Positions 35,199 to 39,238 of a DNA stretch of 39,238 nucleotides are shown piece after piece. The stretch covers positions 1 to 39,238 of IMG/VR virus record IMGVR_UViG_3300033168_000004. One strand, given 5' to 3'. This DNA comes from a virus. Lineage: Duplodnaviria > Caudoviricetes. Below the pieces are notes generated by a model. The model saw only the letters and a program-made list of their open reading frames with translations, ran no database searches and was not told where the DNA came from. The position numbers were made by a program, and so were the translations under genes. The stretch's first letter is position 1, and each line of letters begins with the position of its first letter.

Positions 35199-35729
35199 GT
35201 GACCCACCCCGCCGGCACCATCTTCGTCCTGCGCTCAGGCGGCTGGATGGGCGCCCTCATCCGGCTAGCGACCAGGAGCAGTGTCAATCACACCGGAATC
35301 GCCCTCGGGGACGGCCGCACCGTCGAGGCGATGCCCCGCGGCGCGACCATCGGCCGGGAACAGGACGGCCCCAACGTCATCTGGGGCACCGACCTGCTGG
35401 CCATGATCGAGGCCCAGCGCCCCGGCGCCGGCGCCCGGATCGCGGCCGAGGCCCTGCGGCTCGTCGGGACGCCGTACGGCTTCCTGGACATCGCGGCGCT
35501 CGGGCTGACCGCCATCGGACTGCGGTGGGGCTGGCTCGAGCAGATCGTCGGCCGTGAGGACCGGCTGATCTGCTCGCAGCTAGACGACGTGGCCTGCCTG
35601 CGTGCCGGCGTGCACCTGTACGACAAGCCCCCGCGGCTGCCGCAGAACGTGACCCCGGGGGACATCGAGTGGCTTGTCGCCAGCGACGGCCAGGCTGTCC
35701 TCGTTGACCGGACCGCGCCGCAACCGTGA
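35199..35729 (+). CDS. Permuted papain-like NlpC/P60 protein (YaeF/YiiX-like)
   Basis: NHTGI (His), G.PYGF.D, LICSQL (Cys) and VTPGD. Confidence 0.85.
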   Translation: MTHPAGTIFVLRSGGWMGALIRLATRSSVNHTGIALGDGRTVEAMPRGATIGREQDGPNVIWGTDLLAMIEAQRPGAGARIAAEALRLVGTPYGFLDIAALGLTAIGLRWGWLEQIVGREDRLICSQLDDVACLRAGVHLYDKPPRLPQNVTPGDIEWLVASDGQAVLVDRTAPQP

Positions 35730-35920
35730 ACACCCTTCGCCATCCTCAGCGCGATTGGATGATCTGCACGGACAAGGCCGACCCGCTCTGGCAGGCGTGC
35801 TCGGAATGGCCGTGTCCCCGTAAGGGCGATGTGGTCGTTCAGGGCTACTTCGGCAACTGCGAGGAGTTCTGCCAAATGCACGCCGCTGCTGTCGTTGATC
35901 CACTCTGCGCAAGTCCGTGA
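35726..35920 (+). CDS. Small Cys-containing hypothetical protein
   Basis: GTGA overlaps at both ends. Confidence 0.5.
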   Translation: MNTLRHPQRDWMICTDKADPLWQACSEWPCPRKGDVVVQGYFGNCEEFCQMHAAAVVDPLCASP

Positions 35921-36375
35921 CCCGCGCCGATCTGCTCCGGTTGCTGCTGGACGATCTTGACACGTGCCACGACCCGAACCCGGACCGCTCCCACGTCAGC
36001 ACCCTCATGCACTGCCGGCAGACCGCGACCCGGGCACTACGCGACGGCGCGGGCAGTGAGTGGGCTGCGGTCGGGCTGCTCCACGACGTCGCCCACAAGC
36101 TCGCCCCGGCAACGCACGCGGACACGGCAGCGGCGATGCTCGGTGACCGGCTCAGCCACGACGCAAGGCGGGTGCTGGCGACGCACAGCGCGTTCCAGCA
36201 CGACCAGATCCACGGCACCCACGGCATCGACATCTACAACCCCTGCGGCTGGCACACCGCGGCCATTCGGTTCGCGGAGTGGGACCGGCTCAGCTTTGAC
36301 CCGCTGTACCCGACCCTGCCGCTGGATGACCTGTGGCCGCACGTCCTCAACCTGCTCGGAAAGGACCACGCATGA
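35917..36375 (+). CDS. HD-domain metal-dependent hydrolase/oxygenase
   Basis: H..QTATRA..DG, LLHD, H, H..FQ and WD..SFDP.Y.T.PL. Confidence 0.85.
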   Translation: MTRADLLRLLLDDLDTCHDPNPDRSHVSTLMHCRQTATRALRDGAGSEWAAVGLLHDVAHKLAPATHADTAAAMLGDRLSHDARRVLATHSAFQHDQIHGTHGIDIYNPCGWHTAAIRFAEWDRLSFDPLYPTLPLDDLWPHVLNLLGKDHA

Positions 36376-37136
36376 CCGCGCAGAGCACGCACACTGAGGC
36401 AGAGGACCACCCAGGCGAGCATGTCGAGACAGAAGATCACGGCTGGTCCGTATTCATCGGCGACCACGCCAAGCGCGCTGACACGCCGCTGTACGGCCGA
36501 AGCCGCAAGCACATGATCACCGCGGTGCAGGCCAGCCAACCGTGGTACTTCGGTGGTCCGCCCTACCAGGACCACCATGGTGGCGGGGTGTGGCTGTTCG
36601 ATCACAGCCCACTGCTGGCCCTGCTACCGGCGGGCATCGAGTGGAGCGCGCAGTTCTGCGCCGACCCGCGCAAGGTAGACGAGCTGCGCAAGGTGGCCTG
36701 GAGGTTGGTAGCGGCCTTCCCAGCCACCCGGGGCTGGTACACCAAGGACCTGGCGATGACCGCGGCCGACCTGGCCATCCTGGACACCCCGATCGTCACG
36801 CCCGAGCACGTGGCGGCCTGGACCGACTCGTTCTGGAACGCCAGCGTGCCGTTGCCGGCGGATGCGCACATTGGCGTGCTGCCCAAGGCCGCCGGCTACC
36901 ACCACTACCCCAAGCCCATCGTGGACATCGAGACGTTCAAGCACGACGACTTCGTCCTGTTCGTCGGCAGTGTGGCTGTCGCTCCGGTCGCCCCTCGTGG
37001 CGCTGGTGTCGCCGCGGTCCGGGTGCTGTATGACCCGAGCGGAAAGCACCACGACGGACAGGAGCTTGACGCCAACCATCCGGTGACTCGCGCAGCGTTC
37101 GCCGACCAGCCACCACTACCTGAGGAGCACGCATGA
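36372..37136 (+). CDS. His-motif hypothetical protein
   Basis: E.EDH.W...I.DH.KR.D.P.Y, QDHHGG, EWS.QF and H.G......GYHH.P.P. Confidence 0.7.
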   Translation: MTAQSTHTEAEDHPGEHVETEDHGWSVFIGDHAKRADTPLYGRSRKHMITAVQASQPWYFGGPPYQDHHGGGVWLFDHSPLLALLPAGIEWSAQFCADPRKVDELRKVAWRLVAAFPATRGWYTKDLAMTAADLAILDTPIVTPEHVAAWTDSFWNASVPLPADAHIGVLPKAAGYHHYPKPIVDIETFKHDDFVLFVGSVAVAPVAPRGAGVAAVRVLYDPSGKHHDGQELDANHPVTRAAFADQPPLPEEHA

Positions 37137-38149
37137 GTAACGGACTCGACTTTGCTTGGCACAACGCTCTCGACTACGGCTCGTTCCGGCAGCAGGGCTA
37201 CAGCTTCGTAGCCCGCTACCTGTCCTACGACCCGGGGAAGAACCTCACCCGCGACGAGGCGAACGCGTGGCTGGGCCAGGGCATCGATATCGTCCTGGTC
37301 TGGGAGACCACCGCGAACCGGGCTGAAGACGGCTACGCGGCTGGGCGGTCCGACGCGCAGGCAGCCGTCGCGCAGGCCGCTGCGTGCGGCGCCCCCAGCG
37401 AGGTGCCGATCTTCTGGGCTGTGGATGAGGACACCACGGTCGGTCCTCACATCACCGGCTACGCGCAGGGCTGGTCATCCGTCATCCCCATCCGCCGCAG
37501 CGGCGTGTACGGCAGCTTCGCCGTCGTCCGCGGCTGCTTCGACGCCGGCCTCGTCGCCTACGGCTGGCAGACCTACGCCTGGTCCAACGGTCAGTGGGAT
37601 CCCCGCGCCCACCTCCGGCAGGTGCAGAACGGCGTCAACGCCCTCGGCACCTCCAGCGACCTGGACCAGACCACTGGCCCGGACTACGGGCAGTGGCGAG
37701 CCGGTGGCGGCGGGAGCGTCGTCACGCCGTCCGGGCTGGTCTACTACCCGGAGACGAAGCCCTACCGGCTGGGTTGTGCCGGTGTGCACACCACGATCAT
37801 GCAGCAGGCCCTGCACCTCCCGGCCGACGGCCGGTTCGGGCCCGGCACCGACGCGGCGCTACGCAAGTGGCAGGGCGCGCACGGTCTGGTCGCGGACGGG
37901 CTGTTCGGGGACGCATCCGCGAAGGTGCTGTACGCCCCCCCGGCGCCGCGGTGGTCAGCGCCACCGGCACCGCCGAAGCCGCCAGCCCCGTCCGTCGCGT
38001 TCCTCGTGCAGTTCGCTGGCTACCCGTCCGTGTGGGAGTTCCGGCACATCCTGCCCAAGGAGTGGAACGACAGGCACATGAGCCGCGCCAATGTCCACGT
38101 CTTGGCAGACGCCAAGGCGCTCGCCGCCCGACCGGAGGCCCACGCATGA
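37133..38149 (+). CDS. Endolysin: DUF1906 (GH25-like) glycoside hydrolase plus peptidoglycan-binding domain
   Basis: FVARYLS...KNLT..EA, LVWE, IFWAVD.D, GVYG and WQTYAWS.G; DGRFGP.T..A...WQ..HGL.ADG. Confidence 0.92.
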   Translation: MSNGLDFAWHNALDYGSFRQQGYSFVARYLSYDPGKNLTRDEANAWLGQGIDIVLVWETTANRAEDGYAAGRSDAQAAVAQAAACGAPSEVPIFWAVDEDTTVGPHITGYAQGWSSVIPIRRSGVYGSFAVVRGCFDAGLVAYGWQTYAWSNGQWDPRAHLRQVQNGVNALGTSSDLDQTTGPDYGQWRAGGGGSVVTPSGLVYYPETKPYRLGCAGVHTTIMQQALHLPADGRFGPGTDAALRKWQGAHGLVADGLFGDASAKVLYAPPAPRWSAPPAPPKPPAPSVAFLVQFAGYPSVWEFRHILPKEWNDRHMSRANVHVLADAKALAARPEAHA

Positions 38150-38472
38150 CCGCTCCAAAAGTCAAGATCGGCCAGACCGTCCGTTACCACAACGGCACGG
38201 CGTCGAACGACAACTCGGACGGTAGCGATCAGTTCTATTCGGCTGCGATCGTCACCATGACCCGCACCGAGTGGCAGCCCGGCTACCGCTCTCCGGATGG
38301 CACGTGGACCCCGACGAACGTCGTCCAGCCCAAGGCGGGGACAGTGCACCTGCACGTTTTCTGGCCCGTCGTCACCGATGTCACCGACGCAGTGCGGGCA
38401 ACCTGGCCCACCGACTACCAGCACGTTCCCTACGGGCAGGCGCACGCCTGCTGGTCAGAGGTGTCAGCATGA
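38146..38472 (+). CDS. Hypothetical protein
   Basis: IGQTVRY...AAIVT...V.L.VF; ATGA coupling. Confidence 0.7.
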   Translation: MTAPKVKIGQTVRYHNGTASNDNSDGSDQFYSAAIVTMTRTEWQPGYRSPDGTWTPTNVVQPKAGTVHLHVFWPVVTDVTDAVRATWPTDYQHVPYGQAHACWSEVSA

Positions 38473-39056
38473 AGTTCGGCAACGTCGAAGCGAAGGTCGC
38501 CGTCCCTGTCGTCGCGACCGCCCTCACCGGCACCCTCGGGGCCGCCTCCTACCGCATCATCCTGGCGTTCGGGCTGTTCCACCCGTCGCCGCAGCAGACC
38601 ATCAGCCTCGCGGCGCTCGGGGCGGCCTTGGTCGTCGTCGTCCAAGGCGTCACCGGCTACGCGGCGCCGCACACGAACCGGGCCGATCTGGCGGGAGAGC
38701 CGCCACCCTCGACGCCCACTCCAAGGCCTGCTCCGCTCTCGCAGACGCCGCCGCCGCCTCCGGCATCCCCCGTGCCGCCAGCTCCTGTGCCCGGTCCGCC
38801 AGAGCCTGTGCCCACTCCCACTCCGTCATCCGCTCAGCCTCCCATGCCGCCCGCCGACGCCTACCCGGGCACACCACCGGCCGTCGAACCGACGCCCGCT
38901 GCACCACCTGCACCACCTGCACCACCTGCACCACCTGCGCCTGAGCCCGTGCCGCCTGCGTCCGAGCTCGCTCCCGTCACGCCGGCGCCCGCGGTCGCAC
39001 CGCCTGCTGTCGAGCCGACGCCGGCAGGGTCAGTGCAGGTCCCGCCAGCCGCCTGA
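38469..39056 (+). CDS. Holin-like protein with long Pro/Ala-rich tail
   Basis: VE.KV start, two transmembrane helices, GY.APHT.R; GCACCACCT x4 at 38901-38936. Confidence 0.75.
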   Translation: MKFGNVEAKVAVPVVATALTGTLGAASYRIILAFGLFHPSPQQTISLAALGAALVVVVQGVTGYAAPHTNRADLAGEPPPSTPTPRPAPLSQTPPPPPASPVPPAPVPGPPEPVPTPTPSSAQPPMPPADAYPGTPPAVEPTPAAPPAPPAPPAPPAPEPVPPASELAPVTPAPAVAPPAVEPTPAGSVQVPPAA

Positions 39057-39064
39057 CCCGCCCC

Positions 39065-39118
39065 GCACGACCTCGCGGCCCGCTTCACCCTCATCGGGTG
39101 AGGCGGGCCGCTTCGTGC
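39065..39118. terminator. Terminator of the late operon (likely bidirectional)
   Basis: GCGGCCCGCTTCACCC-tcatc-GGGTGAGGCGGGCCGC followed by TTCGTGCT. Confidence 0.8.
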
Positions 39119-39130
39119 TGACCGGGCCGT

Positions 39131-39238
39131 CTAGGGTGCTCGCAGCGTCGTGTACGCCCCGGCGATCTCCAGGCAGTCCATCGGTCCGACGCCTGCGGGC
39201 ACGCTCGCTGCGAGGTGTCGCAACAACGTGAAGCGCGT
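39131..39238 (-). CDS. 3' end of a convergent gene (partial)
   Basis: Open minus frame ...TRFTLLRHLAASVPAGVGPMDCLEIAGAYTTLRAP-TAG ending at the terminator. Confidence 0.35.
   Translation of the reverse strand, partial: TRFTLLRHLAASVPAGVGPMDCLEIAGAYTTLRAP

Larger units (their letters stand above)
96..39238. mobile_element. Siphovirus-type prophage of an actinobacterium (right end probably outside the window)
   Basis: Complete immunity, early, packaging, head, tail and lysis gene order; host gene junction at the left edge. Confidence 0.93.

Noticed and set aside
1-39238. Integrase, WhiB, SSB or DNA polymerase genes
   Set aside because: No ORF with the corresponding motifs was found; the integrase is expected beyond the right edge.

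Overview
High-GC actinobacterial siphovirus-type prophage (HK97-like head, non-contractile tail), about 39 kb and almost all on the + strand. The first ~100 bp are the 5' part of a host MDR-family NADP-dependent oxidoreductase gene that breaks off at the prophage junction. That junction lies inside the 3' end of the leftward phage repressor. After it come a cro-like gene and a ~15 kb, mostly translationally coupled early operon (RNase AS-like nuclease, DUF2303, AAA ATPase, HNH and VRR-NUC nucleases, C5 DNA methyltransferase, split replication initiator with iterons, SLOG protein). The late region holds HNH, terminases, portal, protease, capsid, head-tail, tail and an expanded lysis region. No integrase is visible; it is predicted beyond the right edge. 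Most notable non-obvious signals: (1) the att junction inside the repressor, suggesting integration-dependent immunity; (2) a second gene nested in the +1 frame of the methyltransferase carrying TRD-like LPTP repeats; (3) an antisense, apparently autoregulated two-gene RHH cassette under an open sense ORF; (4) a pseudo-symmetric RNA with two tRNA T-arms and a 3' ACCA, plus a second structured leader, upstream of the capsid gene; (5) a free-standing HNH gene next to a capsid 3' end with abruptly atypical codons. All family assignments come from motif recognition by eye, not database searches.
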